Shown here piece after piece: positions 22,230-35,418 of a DNA stretch of 64,000 bases. Origin of the DNA: Camelus dromedarius (Eukaryota). The stretch covers positions 85,934,001 through 85,998,000 of the forward strand of contig NC_087436.1 of assembly GCF_036321535.1 (NCBI RefSeq), written 5' to 3'. The position numbers were made by a program, and so were the translations under genes. The notes beneath the pieces are model-generated. The model worked only from the letters and a program-made list of their open reading frames with translations. It made no database searches and had not been told where the DNA came from. Each line of letters begins with the position of its first letter. The stretch's first letter is position 1.

Positions 22230-22930
22230 TTTTGATCAATGGCATTATCATCCTTTAAGTTGTCTGCCCTGGAAACCTGGGTGTCAGTCTAAACTCACCC
22301 CCTTTGTCAGGTCATTAAAGACTATTAATTCTACTTCTTAAAGATCTACCAGCCATCCCTCCTTCTCTCTCTTTCTTTCCCTCTGTCTCTCTCTCTCTTT
22401 TCCTCTCCATTACCAAATCTTTAGAATGTTTTTTGTCTCTAAAATTGAAATCTAATTTTGTTGCTCTCATCTTCAAAAACTTTCCACAAGTGGCCTTGAC
22501 CTTCAGAATAAGTTTAAACCTAAGTGTTAGCCTGCTCTAACCATTAAACAGAAGGGCGAGGGCCAATGAAATGAAGTAAGCGCTACATAGCATATTTTCA
22601 ATACTCATTGACAGCATTTCTTTCTAAGCACTAATCAAATTGGGGTTTGACTTTTGGGTGGGCCTTGCTATTCTGGATGTTGCCATTGATTTGGAGGTGG
22701 CAGTGTGTCTTATGCCCAACTGCCCACCATCTCACCCTGCCTGGTGCTCCAGCCTCATCTTCACGTGCAAACAGTACTCCATTGTTTCCACCCCACTCAC
22801 AGCTCCTTAAATGTGCCATCTCCCCCTGGCCTTTGAACATTGGCTCGGGTTGTTCACAATCCCTGAAACACCTTCCCCATCCCTGCCCTTCTCCATCTGA
22901 CCAGGTCCTCTTCAGACTTCAAGATCAGCT
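22230..22930 (+). mobile_element. L2 fragments, interrupted at ~22530-22720
   Basis: GGAAACCTGGGTGTCAGTCT...ATTCTACTTCTTAAAGATCT; CCAGCCTCATCTT...CCTGGCCTTTGAACAT...TCTTCAGACTTCAAGATCAGCTT. Confidence 0.6.
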
Positions 22931-23099
22931 TATGAATTACATGAGAGTAGGGATGAGGATGGGGGAGCCACAGCGGGAGACAAGGTAACAAACATGGCAG
23001 GCGTTGCCCAAGGGCTTTGGAGCCTATGTGTTTTCACTTCCAAAGCTGGCACTGGGAGCCAACCTGGCTAGCTTAAGAGAGTTTATGAGAGCCCACTCA

Positions 23100-23243
23100 A
23101 ATGATCTGTAATGGAAAAGAATCTGAATATATATATATATGTATGTATATGTATAACTGAATTGCTTTGTGGTACACACGAAACTAACATTGTAAATCAA
23201 CTACAGTTCAATAAAAAATAAGAATTAAAATCCAAAAAAAGGA
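23100..23243 (+). mobile_element. Short L1 3' end insertion
   Basis: AATGGAAAAGAATCTGAA(TA)n...ATAACTGAATTGCTTTGTGGTACACACGAAACTAACATTGTAAATCAACTACAGTTCAATAAAAAA. TSD core CCCACTCA at 23092-23099 and 23244-23251. Confidence 0.9.
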
Positions 23244-24458
23244 CCCACTCATTCCCTCTTCTCTTCTTTACAGGTTACCCAGAAGCGAATGATCTCAAGA
23301 CAAGGGCACAAAGCCACAGAATTTTAATTGCAGTTTAGAATTACAAATGTGAGTAAGCCAAAGTTTGCAAAATTTGCAAAATGAAGAAGTCACCATGAAT
23401 TTTGCAACGACGCCAGGAACAGTTGTGAGTAGGCCCACACAAATATACACACTAGTTACATAAATACAGAAAGCTTTTTTCACCCATCCCCAACCACTGA
23501 AACCAAAGCCAACATGCCCTTTTCCCTACTACCCACTGAAATGGAAGGAGGAGGGGTTGAATGAGAAGAGGTAAGCTTTACATAGCCTGTTTTATATCCC
23601 TATAATTAATATTTCTTGCAAAGTACTAATCAAATTGGAATTTGGGTTTTGAGTGGACCTCTTTTCTAAATGTTGGAATTGATTTGGATACAGCTATTGA
23701 TTTACTTTTGAAACTAGTATCTATTTGATGACCAGGGAAAATTACCTTCTTTGGATCTGACCTGCCAGATTTGACTCCCAAGAAATAATGAACCTCTATT
23801 AGAGGGTCCATATATATTAATGAGCAAGAGGGTGTTGAATTGCATACTGTGTAATTATATTCCACAACTGCTTCCACATTTAAAACAAATTCTGATGTTA
23901 TTTGCATGCATCATTGGAAACCAATTATTTATACATGTTGCAATTTTAACTCATAAAAAGCAAATATTTGTTTTATCCTTTTTGAGGAGGGATTCATGCA
24001 ATGAAGAGAACATAATGGGTTCTCTGAAATTATCAGTTACCAAAAATATTTCTTTTTAATCCAAGAAAGCCGGTTCAGTAAGAATGTTTGCATTATTTAG
24101 TTTGTTTACTTGCTTGTAGTTATTCTTGTTAAAATTTACAAGTCCAATTATTTGACTGTGACATCAGAATTATGGTCAAAGAAATTATAGAAACATTTGC
24201 CCATTGGTAATTAAAGTTTCTGGGGTGAAAGGATTTAAAAGATTATATAAGAGATAATAAATAATATAATCTATTGAGTAACTGTCCCCTTACTTCTTTG
24301 GAAAGGGAATGGTATTAACTTTTTCATTTCTACTCAAGTAGGACTTGAAGGAAAGGGTTAGCTGTAGTTAGTGAAAGCCAATTAGAAGCCAGACACTGTC
24401 CCGGGAATGGAGAACACAATGACAAGAAACACCCCTCCCTCATGAAGCTTACAGTTTT

Positions 24459-24672
24459 TTCCTCCTTTCTTATTTATTTATTTATTTTTATTTCTTTATT
24501 TTTTGAAGTACAGTTGATTTACAGTGTTGTGTTAATTTCTGGTGTACTGCAAAGTGATTCAGTTATGCATTAATGTATATATTATTTTCCATTATAAGTT
24601 ATTATAAGATATTGAATGTAGATCCTTGTGCTGTAGAGTAGGACCCTGCTATGTATCTATTTTGTGTATAGT
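24459..24672 (-). mobile_element. L1 3' end insertion inside an antisense L2 end
   Basis: (TTTA)n tail, then TTGAAGTACAGTTGATTTACAGTGTTGTGTTAATTTCTGGTGTAC. Degenerate TSD TGAAGCTTACAGTTT / TGAAACTTATATTTT. Confidence 0.88.
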
Positions 24673-24999
24673 TGAAACTTATATTTTAGAGAGCCGCAGT
24701 TTAAAATACACATATAGGATGTTATCGACCACGCAATACGCTTTCCATCAACGCTGAGGGAAGCCCAGGCACTCTGAGCCCTTGCATTAAGTGTAGGAAG
24801 GATCATGAATATTTCAGAGGCTACAAAAAATGTCTGCAGGCTCATAAAGTTTTGGAACTCATCTGCAGGAAGATTACATTGGCTGATTCAACAGACAGAT
24901 GAAGCCAAACTTGCCGACTTCTCCTGCACTCCCTTCCCGCTGGGAGACAGTGAAGGATAGCGGATACAAGTGCGGGCCGGGGTGAGGCCCTAAGTAGTC

Positions 25000-25182
25000 T
25001 TGTCATTTATCAGCGAATGGTGTTAAAAAACGGGTGTAATGCCCCCTTGCCTCAGTTTGCACTTCTGTAAAATGGAAATAGCAATTACATTCACCCTGTA
25101 GGACTGTTATGAAGATGAAATGAATTAATGCTTACAGCAGAGCTAGGCTGGTAACAAGGCTACATAAATGCTAGCTATTACT
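25000..25182 (+). mobile_element. MIR SINE
   Basis: GCCTCAGTTTGCACTTCTGTAAAATGGAAATAGCAATTAC...GGACTGTTATGAAGATGAAATGAATTAATG...ATAAATGCTAGCTATTA. Confidence 0.8.
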
Positions 25183-25976
25183 CTAAGGATCTCGCCTCCT
25201 CTCTCTCAAGCCAGAGCCCTCTATGCCTTTAGAATTCTACTCCAAATCCATTTCCAATAGCTCATTTTTAAGATTAACTTGAGACGTTTCCTCGGGCTGA
25301 CTTGACAAGGAGAGGGAGCAGGGGGCAAAATTGTCCTCACTCTCTGCCATCAAGTTTGAAATTACCTCATTAAATGCCTTTTTTTAATTTTTGCATACTG
25401 CAGGCTTTTGGAGCTTTGAAGAATTCCATCTTAAAATGCAGATTCCCCTGGGAGAGGCCTTTCCCAGTCTCAAGGAGAACAAAGGTGGTGAGTGTGCCTC
25501 TAGGTGCCAAGGGGAAGCGAGCCCTTCACAGCTGCATTTGTAAACACTGCATTTGGAAGGGAAAAATTGACGATGTCTTTTCCCCTGATGCTCTGAGAAC
25601 TGTTGCAGGTCCTTCCCCAAAGCTACATCTGTGAAAGGCAGCACTGGCAGAAACAATTCTCAATGCACTGGTGTCGGGCATGCCAGGCAGATGAAGAGCT
25701 CAGGGGAGCAGACAGAACAGCAGCAGACTCCTCCCTCCATCAACAGGAACGTCAAGGAAGCAGATACTCAAGCCTACGGTTTAGACAGGCCACATGTATT
25801 TTTCACTCTGTCTCAGATTGTTGAGGTGGGGGAAACGCAGCGTATTGAAACGAATATGGAATTACATGGTACTTCTCTTCCAGAACCAATCATCTGCGTT
25901 ATGTTGCTGTTGTGGGTAAAGTTGCTATCTGGGAGGCGAGATGAGATAGGGAATGTGATGGTCTGTCTGACTAGAC

Positions 25977-26310
25977 CAGTGCTTCCAATAGAAACTTAGT
26001 GTTCACAGGTGTGACCACGCCATTCTAAACTTTCTAAGACCCACACATCTAAGAAAAGGAAAAATAAAGAGGAGAAATTAATTTTAATCATGTATTTTAC
26101 TGAGTCCAGTATATCCAGGACATCATCATTTCACAGAGTAGTCAATAAAGATTCTTAATAAGATCTTTTTGCATGCATTTTTTTTTTCATATTAAGTCTT
26201 TGAACTCCAGTGTGTGTTTTAGACCTATAGCACATCTCAATTTGGACAAGCCACATTTCAAGTGCTCAATAGCCATCTGTGCCTAGTGGCTACCATTCTG
26301 GACTGAGCAG
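25977..26310. mobile_element. MER33-like hAT-Charlie MITE, full length
   Basis: CAGTGCTTCCAATAGAAA...AGCCACATTTCAAGTGCTCAATAGCCATCTGTGCCTAGTGGCTACCATTCTGGACTGAGCAG, with an 8-bp hAT-type TSD GACTAGAC (25969-25976) / GACTAGAT (26311-26318). Confidence 0.88.
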
Positions 26311-28819
26311 GACTAGATGCTTCTTTGAAAACCAGATAAAGCAGAAAACGTCCAGACTGCCAAACCATGAAATGCCTTCCATCTGAGTGACTGAGTCAAT
26401 CTGAGATTCCTCTTTCTAAGCTAGAGGTTTTTCATTCCCAAACGGAACAGTCACTTGCTCCCTTTTCCGGCAGCATGAGGCAGTAGACCCTCTATCCCAA
26501 ACCCCTGTTCCTCAGCAGCCCCTGAGAAGGAGCTTTTTGGTTGATTTTTTTCCATTTCCCAAGTTCCCCAAGAGTTCTCTGTTAAGACTCCTCTGGGTAT
26601 TCACAGTTACTTTTAAGGGTTTCTAGTTCTTTCTGACAAAGTTCAGGTTGCGTAAAAGTCAAAAGATGTGAAATTCAGGATCCACTTTGGAACAGTGTGG
26701 TGAATTCAGAGAATGGATTACTTCATCAATCCCGTGTAGGGAAGGGGGCTGGAGGGGAGCAAGCCTTCACTCAGCCTCCCATGATTTCCTTCTCTTCCAA
26801 ACTTTCCCTCCTGGTCCTCAGGAACCTGCAATCCATGACAAAAGCTTCTCTCCAACACCCTCTCCTCATCACAGAATTGTCCCTTTAAGGCCATCTTCTG
26901 AGGACTCTGGCTGTCCCTATAGCTCACAGAGATGCTTCTCGTTCTCTCATACCTCAGCCTGCTGGTCTCAACCCAAAGGTCTCCACGTCAGGAAATCTTT
27001 TACAGACCCACAGCTACAACGGTTGTGGTGAGATCCGTGGATGTTCTCTGAGCTCCCTGTGGTTTTCTGTCATCTGTGGTACTTCTCCTATAACCATTAT
27101 CAGTCTAGGTAACTACAAGATTAATATCTACTCCCCCATATGTTTCCTGCAGGCAGAAATGGATCTGTTTTGCCAACTTTTAATGGAGAAAATTTGGTGT
27201 GTCGGCTCCTCCAGCAACCTAACAACCCTATGAGATTATTAAGAATTTAATACTGCCCCAAGCTTAAAACAACTCAGTCCCAGCCGTCAACCAAATCTTC
27301 GTTCAGTTTTGCTTCTGCTTGTTTCATTCTGTCTTTCAGTGGAGACAGTTCTCAGACTCTGGTTTGCAAGCCCTTCCTGAAGGCGCCCCACCCAGTCTTC
27401 ATGGCTCCCTTCTCCTCATCCTGTGCCCAGGCCTCCCTGTTCCCACAGCGAAATGCCTGCCTCCCAGCTCCTCAGCTGGTCATTCAGAGACCACTAGAAT
27501 TTTCCCTCTGTCCTGTGGGTAGACCAAGAACTCCCTGTGTTTCTATTGCTGTATCCTTGAAGGGAAGGAAGTCATACCCTGAAATCCCTACCTTTTCTTG
27601 TGAACAACTGCAAAATCCCATCAAAATACTTAAGGGAAAATATGGCAAATCAAAAAGACAGACCATAAAGAAGCTGGATGTCAAGGCAAGTGCTAGCTCC
27701 CATATTTCCTAAGTCCGCCTGGGGTTCATTTCCCCCTGTTTCTGCCCTCAGCCATGACTGGTTTCAAGATCCCACCAAGTGAATTAGGGATTTAGAAAGC
27801 TTTGTGCAGGCTTCCTATTTTCTACGGATGATGATAAACTGAGGTTCTCCAGAGACATTTTGGTGGATGGAAGGTTACTGCGAGAGAGTGATTCAGCCCC
27901 AGTGCCAGCAAGGAGCTCTCATTTGGAAAGACTTAGTGCCTGAGACAGCGGCTTTGGAGGGTCCCTCTGGCTTCACCAAGCACCAAGATTCACTGGAAAT
28001 AATGCTCTCCGTAGCTTAAGAGGTCTCTGATTGCATGTAGGTCCACGTCTTTGAGTCCTAGGACAGGGGAGCATGAAATCTTTCATTTTCTAGGCTAGGA
28101 TATATGCTAGAGTGAGCTAAGATGAGCAGGACCTGTTCTTGAAGAGAGTGGAAAATTACTTCTTATGGTTTGCTGAGAGACAAAAACAAATAAACAAATC
28201 AAAAAACCCAAAACAACAACAACAAAACCACAAAAACCCTACACAAAACTATGAAAACAGCCAGTTCTTGTAGAGCATTTTCACGTCAGTCCTCGGAGTC
28301 AGGTAAAGAACATTTTGGCCATTGCACAGATGGGGAAACTGAGTCTGAAACCTGCTGGGAGACTAAGAGTAGCAAAGTCTTGAATACATACTTCCCCACC
28401 TCCTCCACTGTTCACTGTTATCTTCTCTCTCAATGTTATCTTTAAATATAAGGCTATAATTTACTATCTTAGAATGACTATTGGTAGAGAACAAAGTGCT
28501 GTATTTTTATTGCATTTTGGCAATGACTTGAAAATTATCTTAACCTGCTAAGTTTAGAGTTATCTTAACCTATAAAGTTTGCTGAAGTGTGTAACCATCA
28601 TGTGTTTTTCTGCAGAATATAATATTGTTTTTACAGTAGAGACAATGACATAGAATAGGAAAACATAATGCCTTCTACCCAGGGGATCTTTTGTTGACTG
28701 GAGATTGTTTTTCAGCAAGTTGTCCTAGAGAATAGGTATCAAAGGAGAGAAAGAGAATATGGACAAAGAAAATGTTCTTTCATGCAGCAAAAAAGGACAG
28801 CTCGATAAGACAGAACTGT

Positions 28820-28872
28820 ACACACACACACACACACACACGCATACACACACACACACACATGCCACACAC
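28820..28872 (+). repeat. (CA)n microsatellite, interrupted
   Basis: ACACACACACACACACACACACGCATACACACACACACACACATGCCACACAC read directly. Confidence 0.95.
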
Positions 28873-29554
28873 AGACCCCTTCTTCTTTTCCTCCAGGTCT
28901 TAATAAAAACCCCAAAATAACTTCTGCAAACAGTAGACCATTACAGGGAACAAACAGATGCCCAGAGCATTCTGACTCTATCAATCATACTCTGGAACTA
29001 AGAGCACAATTGAGACATTTTCTTTTTGTTCCAACAGTTTATAAAATTGGAGGGAATAAGAGAGAGCAAAACCCATCCATGATCCTACCAGCCCAACATG
29101 ACTATTTCCCTGTTTGCAAATTCCCCTCCTGTTTTTCTTAATATGCATATTTTTTCCTAAAGTCCCTGAGGTGCCATTATTTCCTTTGAATTCTATCAAC
29201 TATTTCAGAAGAGAAGTTTAAATATCATCGCACTCTTGTTTCTGTAGTGGTTATTTTATATTTACTTTGGGGGTTATTTCAGAAGTTTATCTCCTGGGCA
29301 AAAGTTTTTACTTCATAGGTTTCACTCATGTTAAAGAGAACGTATTAATACTGTCCCAGGCTCACATCCAGAGCCCACTGTTGGTCTAAATGTAAAGGTA
29401 TGTGACAACATGTATTTCTTAACAATTTTCTATTCTCACACAAGTTACTTTAACAAATAAGGCCCATCTCTTGTATTAACCAATTGAAATTTATAATCAT
29501 TACTTCAGTGCAAAGCAACATCCAGGCAATCTTCATACGTGCAGGATAGTACAC

Positions 29555-29745
29555 GGTTGACAGTTTGTGCCATTGGATCATGTGGTCTGGTGTTTAAATA
29601 ATGCCAGGGTTCATGTGATTAAATTCCACTGTGGAATTGGTCATTTTAAACAAAGTAACTTAATTTCCAGTATCTGATTTGCATCCTTGCTCAGCCTCTC
29701 TCAGGTACTATTATTGAGAGAGAGATTAGGGAATTGATCCTACAT
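29555..29745 (+). mobile_element. Possible ancient tRNA-derived SINE (MamSINE1-like), very decayed
   Basis: TGGTGTTTAAATAATGCCAGGGTTCATGTGATTAAATTCC resembles the GGTGCTAATAACGCCAAGGTCGCGGGTTCGATCCC head. TGCATCCTTGCTCAGCC lies downstream. Confidence 0.35.
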
Positions 29746-31199
29746 GTCCAGGAATACTTTTTCGGAGTTGAATTTGGTACTTTGATCTCACCAGTGGGTT
29801 TTTAAAAAATATTTGTCAATTGGACTTTTTTGCCACCTAAAATCTATTTCTATTCCAATGGAGTTTCCCATCAGAGAAACAGTCTTGGACAAGAGGAAAG
29901 AAGATATTTGAATTTGTCCTTGAAAAAAGAAACTATAGCAACTCTACTTAAAAAATACAACCAAAATCCAATTCAGCTCTTGCCAGCAAACTAAATTCTC
30001 CGTTATCAATGTGCAGGTCACATCTGGGATTTTCTTGAAAAATCAAGAGGGAATTACTTTTCTAATGATTCTGAGCATAATCTTTCTCAAGAAATAGCAA
30101 AAAAGGCAGATGGGCAACTCATATATTCCAAACATGTCTGGAAGGTAGACTGATTTTCACAACTGACATTGGAAAGAAGCAATACACGATTTTAGTCCTC
30201 TAACTTAAAAAAGTGTTAGAAACTTCTAATGATTTGCTGTGGTCTTCACTTTTCCAAGGAATCTGGATACATTATCTCCCAGCTGCTGTTTTAATCTTTA
30301 TGATTATCTTTGAGGTCTGTAATGCCCTTGACCTTCCTAAACTTTTGAACCTTTTATTTCATATACTAAGTTCAAATTTCATAGCATCCTTCTCATCAAC
30401 CCACTCATCCACTCCTGCTTGATCTGTTCCTCCAACTACAAACTCACTCAGTTGTCAGTAGCACGTTAGGGGCTGCAGATATAACATGATGTAAGATGCA
30501 GAGCCTGGCCTCAAGAAACTTAGAATCAGTCCTTAAATGAAATTTATATGCCAGGGACTACATACTGCTGGAGAGGCAGATTCTCCTGTGATGAGTCACT
30601 TGCTGTGGTACATAATTTTAAATAAATTTAGAAATTAAATGGGAAAAAAAGAAGGACTAGGTTATGGAGAAGAGAGTGGAGAATTGGAGAGACTAACTCA
30701 TCTGACAAATACATACTGCATCATTTATTTACTGTTGTAGAATAGTCATTGGAACAGACATGGTTAATTATAGTATTAATTAGTTAATTCATAATGATTA
30801 AATCTTGGTTCTGGTTGGCCCAAGATTAAATGCATTCCTAACATGTTGATTTGTTAGTTTTATTGGAGAAAAGCTTCAAAGCCTAGAGACTATAAGGAGG
30901 GTGAAAAGAGTGGAAGTGGGGTAGAGGTAGAATTTATCATTTATAATCCATGTGTGAAATATTTTAACTTTGAAACAGTATCTTTTCTTGAGATGCTTAA
31001 TTGATCTTCCAATGACCACATTGGTCATAATACTCTTGGGTAGGGAATGAAAAGCAAAAGTCATGAGAAAAGAATGGTTTGTATTTATTCTGGGCCAAAC
31101 CCAGCAGACCCAAGGAAATCAGGCTTATGAAGAAAGTTGAGAGCAGCCTAGGGCCACAGACGTCCTCTTGAGGCTTTCCTTGGACTTTTGGAGTTTTCA

Positions 31200-31260
31200 T
31201 TTGTTTGTTTCTGTTTTTTTCTTTGTCTTTCTTTCTTTCTTTCTTTCTTTTTTTTTTTTT
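31200..31260 (+). repeat. (TTTG)/(TTTC)n/poly-T low-complexity tract
   Basis: Read directly. Confidence 0.9.
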
Positions 31261-32889
31261 AATGGGAATTGGTATTTGGAAGAAACACTTAAGGGTAACA
31301 CCTTAGGGTAGATACCTAAGATTCTTCTGTCCTTAGTTTCATGCTGAGAAGTAATAAGAATGTCAGGATGGCCAGGGAAATAGGAAACTTTTCTTGAACT
31401 CTGAGATGACCATACAGATTTTATCATTCCCTCCAAATAATTTTTGAAGTTATTTTGCAAAGCTAGAGCAGAGGACTTTGGCTATCCTTACGAATTATTC
31501 TAGTAAGGTAGACACAGGAGGTGGGTTTTTTTGAAGAGTTAATTGGGGGAAGAGACAACTTCCATTTTACATTTCACCCTGAAATTCCCTAAAAAGTCTG
31601 TCCATCAGCTAGTCGCATGGTGACTTGGAAATGACAAAGTGGGTCTCAAGGAGTCATGTCAAGGGTGAGTGTCGCTCCACCCACCTTCCCTGGATTCTCC
31701 ATTTACTTTTCTTTGATCTCCTTCTCTATGTATTGCTTCTGTGGTTGTTGATAATAACATGTTTAGTTGCAGGTGTCATTCTTTGTCTGTGAATTTACAG
31801 CTTTGATCAAGTAGAAATATTCATTTATCATAATAAAAAACCTCAAATTTCATCTATGTTCAGATTGGATCGTATTATGCCACCCATTTATTGTAAAAAA
31901 AAAAAAATGGGAAAGGAAATCAGGAAAAGAGACCTACTTTTCACTATTTACCCTTTTGTTCCATTTGAAAACCACCATAAATATGTATTACTTATTTTTT
32001 AAATTCTATATGATAATTAATTAGTTAATTAGTTAAAAATCACCTCTGAGATGTTTTTCAGTAAAGGTCTTTGAGATGCCTCAATAAGAGGGCATCTGAG
32101 GTCCAGTACTGCTCTCATGCAGACTGAGAGCAATCAAGGGGAAAAACATAAAAACTGAAATATTCCGGAGAAGGAAGATTTGTTCACATAATTTAAATTT
32201 GTCCCAAACTAACAAAGACCAAAGCAAGTACTGAAATTCTCTGGAACAATTGTCTCTGCAAAATGGAGCAGCATTTTATTGCCTCTCTATCCACTGATAA
32301 CAAGCTAGAAAACAAAGCTAATGACAACCACAGTTCAGCAAGTCACAGAGGAGAAGGTGCCCATCAGTTCAATCTCCTTGTGCAGCCAGTCAGTAGACTA
32401 TAACTTTTTAGTGCCTTCTTCTCACAAATCCTGAGGCTAAGGTTGGGGAAAGCTTCCCTGGGAACATAATCAGCCTCACCTGGGCAGAAGGGAAGCTGTG
32501 GCATGGAGGGCAGCTTCAGGAGAACAGGATGACGGGAACAATGGATCTGAGTTTGCCACAGGGATGTAAACATAGCTACCCAAGGACAAGGGAGATGAAG
32601 CTCAGGAAATCCGTGTTAGCGCAGTCCCAACGTGGAATCAGTGAAAAAGAGCATGATGCATGGCCTTGACTTGTGCACTATATGCACAGGGAAGAAGTGT
32701 ATGAATTTCCATTAGTTCGTCATGCCCAGCGTCATGACCTATCTGAGTTCCTTTTCCAGTAACTCCATGGTAACAACATATTATTACCCGTTCTTACTAT
32801 CCTGAAGTTTTGGGTACTTACTAATGATCGTATTCTTCTTAGAACTCCCTTCCATGTCACTGAGGCTTCTTAGAGGGCAAGGCTCTGTC

Positions 32890-33050
32890 TAATAATAGTA
32901 ATAATATTAATAATTACTACCAATTATGAAATGTCTTCCAGGCATCTGGTACTTTGTATAAGCCTCTACCCTTTGATACCTCATAGGTATAATTATTCTT
33001 AGAAAAACAAAGCTTAGAGAGGTGAAGGGACTTAATTTACATGTCTGATG
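32890..33050 (-). mobile_element. MIR SINE
   Basis: TCCAGGCATCTGGTACTTTGTATAAG...CAAAGCTTAGAGAGGTGAAGGGACTT. Confidence 0.6.
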
Positions 33051-33239
33051 TCACATCACTGGTGTCCCCAACCCTGTTACTTCCTAGCAATGGGACATTA
33101 AAGTGAACTACCTACAGAATATCTACCATGCTATAGAACTGTGCTGGTTACAAGGAAGTGGGGGCATGTTAGAAAGAGTAGGGGTTTTAGAAACAATTTA
33201 GGCTGATTCTTGATTCTGATACATGAAAGATGCTCAGTG

Positions 33240-33308
33240 ATTGATCATCACCACCATTAACATCCCCATCGTCATCATCATTCATCATCATCACCGCCAT
33301 CAGCAGCA
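33240..33308 (+). repeat. Degenerate (CAT/CAC)n trinucleotide repeat
   Basis: ATCATCACCACCATTAACATCCCCATCGTCATCATCATTCATCATCATCACCGCCATCAGCAGC. Confidence 0.8.
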
Positions 33309-34339
33309 GACTTGAGCTTTCTTCTCCAGGAACCCTTGCTCATTCCACTATACTACACCTCCGTGTAACTGCCACGGTGTCCATAGTGTGGGAGATACTC
33401 TTTAAACATTCCTAAAACATTTGTTGATGGATTAACTGTTATTTGTCTTTCCAGGTAGAGTAATATTAACAAAAGGACAAATCAGCAATGTAACAAGTTC
33501 GGTGCTACAATGCTACCATCGGCATGCTAGTCTACAAATTAGGCTTTAAGTATTTTTGCTATAAGATCATTTCCCAAATTTTAGCACCCCGAGACCTGCA
33601 GGAGCCCAGCACACAAGAGAGTGTCTTCAGGCTGCCCTTTAACCACTATCTCTAGCTACAAGTTCAGGTAACAAAGAGTTACTAGACAACCTCAACCAAG
33701 GAAATCAGAACAAGATTTAAGAAGCAAGAAAACTCCAAGACAGTAAGTGTAATCCCAGCTAAATGCTTTGTTAGACTGAAAGGAACATGGCTTTGTATGT
33801 TGTAATCTTTTGACCTTGTTAATGGAAGGCATGGAATAAAATTGTGTTTACCTGAATTTTACTATAGCAGAGCTAAAGGAAATCAGCTAACGTCGGAAGT
33901 TAGCATACATGTCTTAAAAACTTCATCTTCTGAAGCCAGTCGTAACATTGCCACTCCAAAGAAAATGAAAAAGAAGTACTTCCAAATGCTAAAAGAGATT
34001 TCTATCTTCCCATCATTTCAACAGCAACTGCTATAAAATATGTTCTAAAACAAACACAGAGCACTAAAAATTCCACTGTTTAAGCTAAAAGTCAAACATC
34101 TGTCTCACTGCCTTCTAGTTACACCTGGGTTCCTGAGGGTCCCCAGTCAAACTGCAGAAATTAGTACTTTTCCCCCTCGCAGGCATTTCAGAATTAATTC
34201 TGGTAGTTTTAAATCATCTTCATTAGTTAATCATGGCTTCTCTTTCAGCCTAAACAGACATGGAAAGAATGACCATCTATGGAGTGGAATCAGGATCTCA
34301 CAAAGGAAGTGGGGAGAGAATGTAGGGTACCAGTGAAAA

Positions 34340-34760
34340 GGGGGACAGATCTGGATTTGAACCCTTCCTCTGCAGCTCACTTTCCAGGTGACTTTGGTAG
34401 GCTACTTTACTGAATCTACGTTTCCTGTTTATAAAAAATATCAATAATACCTGAGTCTAAGGATTGTTATAAAGATTAGAAAAGAGAGTTTATAAAGTTT
34501 TTGCCTGGCATCTAATAAGGAATAAAGATCATTATACATCATTGTCCTCCTTCACATGGATGGAGGGAAGTTAGTAACTGTGACTCATTGGGTATTTATT
34601 TATCTTAAATGCATTAGCATCTAATTCTTAAAATCATATTGCAAGGACAGTATCATTACCCCCATTTTACAGAGAAGTCACATAGCTACCATGTAGTAGA
34701 GCGAAGTTCAAATCCAGGTTTGTCTCCCTCTAAAGCCTTGGTCCTTCCTGCTATTCTCCA
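34340..34760. mobile_element. Two MIR SINEs in opposite orientation (+ ~34340-34530; - ~34620-34760)
   Basis: CAGATCTGGATTTGAACCCTTCCTCTGC...AAGGATTGTTATAAAGATTAGA; TATCATTACCCCCATTTTACAGAG...TTCAAATCCAGGTTTGTCT. Confidence 0.8.
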
Positions 34761-35067
34761 TTGTCTCCTCAAACCCAAGAAACAGATTCAACTAATCACC
34801 TGAACACTGGTAATTTTCAATAGGGAATTTACTTTTCAAGAAGCTTTTCCTAACTGCCAACCGGCAAGTTTTGCCATGTTACCAGAATTGATCATGAGCC
34901 AGGAACCTCATCCAGCCCATGTGTCACCATCTCAGTCAAGAGACTCACAAGCCTTAGACATGTCTGTGCCATTTATACATCTGGTCTTGGGTGGCAGATA
35001 GTTGTGAAACTCTCTGTCTCTGAGAAACTACCACCTGTCAATTCTAGCAAAAAGTTTGATTCGTAAG

Positions 35068-35418
35068 TATCTTAGTCTGTTTGGGTTGCTGTAACAAAAC
35101 TACCATGGATGGGAGGGCTTGAACAACAAACACTTATTTCTCATGGTTCTGGAGCCTGGGTCTGGTGAGACCTGCTTTCTGGTTCATAGATACCCTCTTT
35201 TCCCTCCTTGTGTCCTCATAGGGCAGAGGGTGAGAGGGAATTCTTGGGGTCTCTTTTATAACCATACAAAAGAGGACTAATAGCAGGACTAATTCCATTC
35301 ATAAGGGCTCCACCCTCATGATCTAAACACTAAAAGCCGCGCCTCCAAATACTATCACTTTGGAGGTTAGGATTCAACATAGGGATTTTGAGGGGACACA
35401 AACATTCAGCGCCTAGTA
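35068..35418 (-). mobile_element. MaLR solo LTR (MLT1A0-like)
   Basis: TATCTTAGTCTGTTTGGGTTGCTGTAACAAAACTACCAT...CTCCACCCTCATGATCTAA...TTTTGAGGGGACACAAACATTCAG. 5-bp TSD GTAAG / CTAAG. Confidence 0.88.

Noticed and set aside
28880..29101. Plus-strand acceptor followed by a ~65-codon open frame
   Set aside because: The pyrimidine tract adjoins a microsatellite, there is no good donor, and the peptide is not recognisable.
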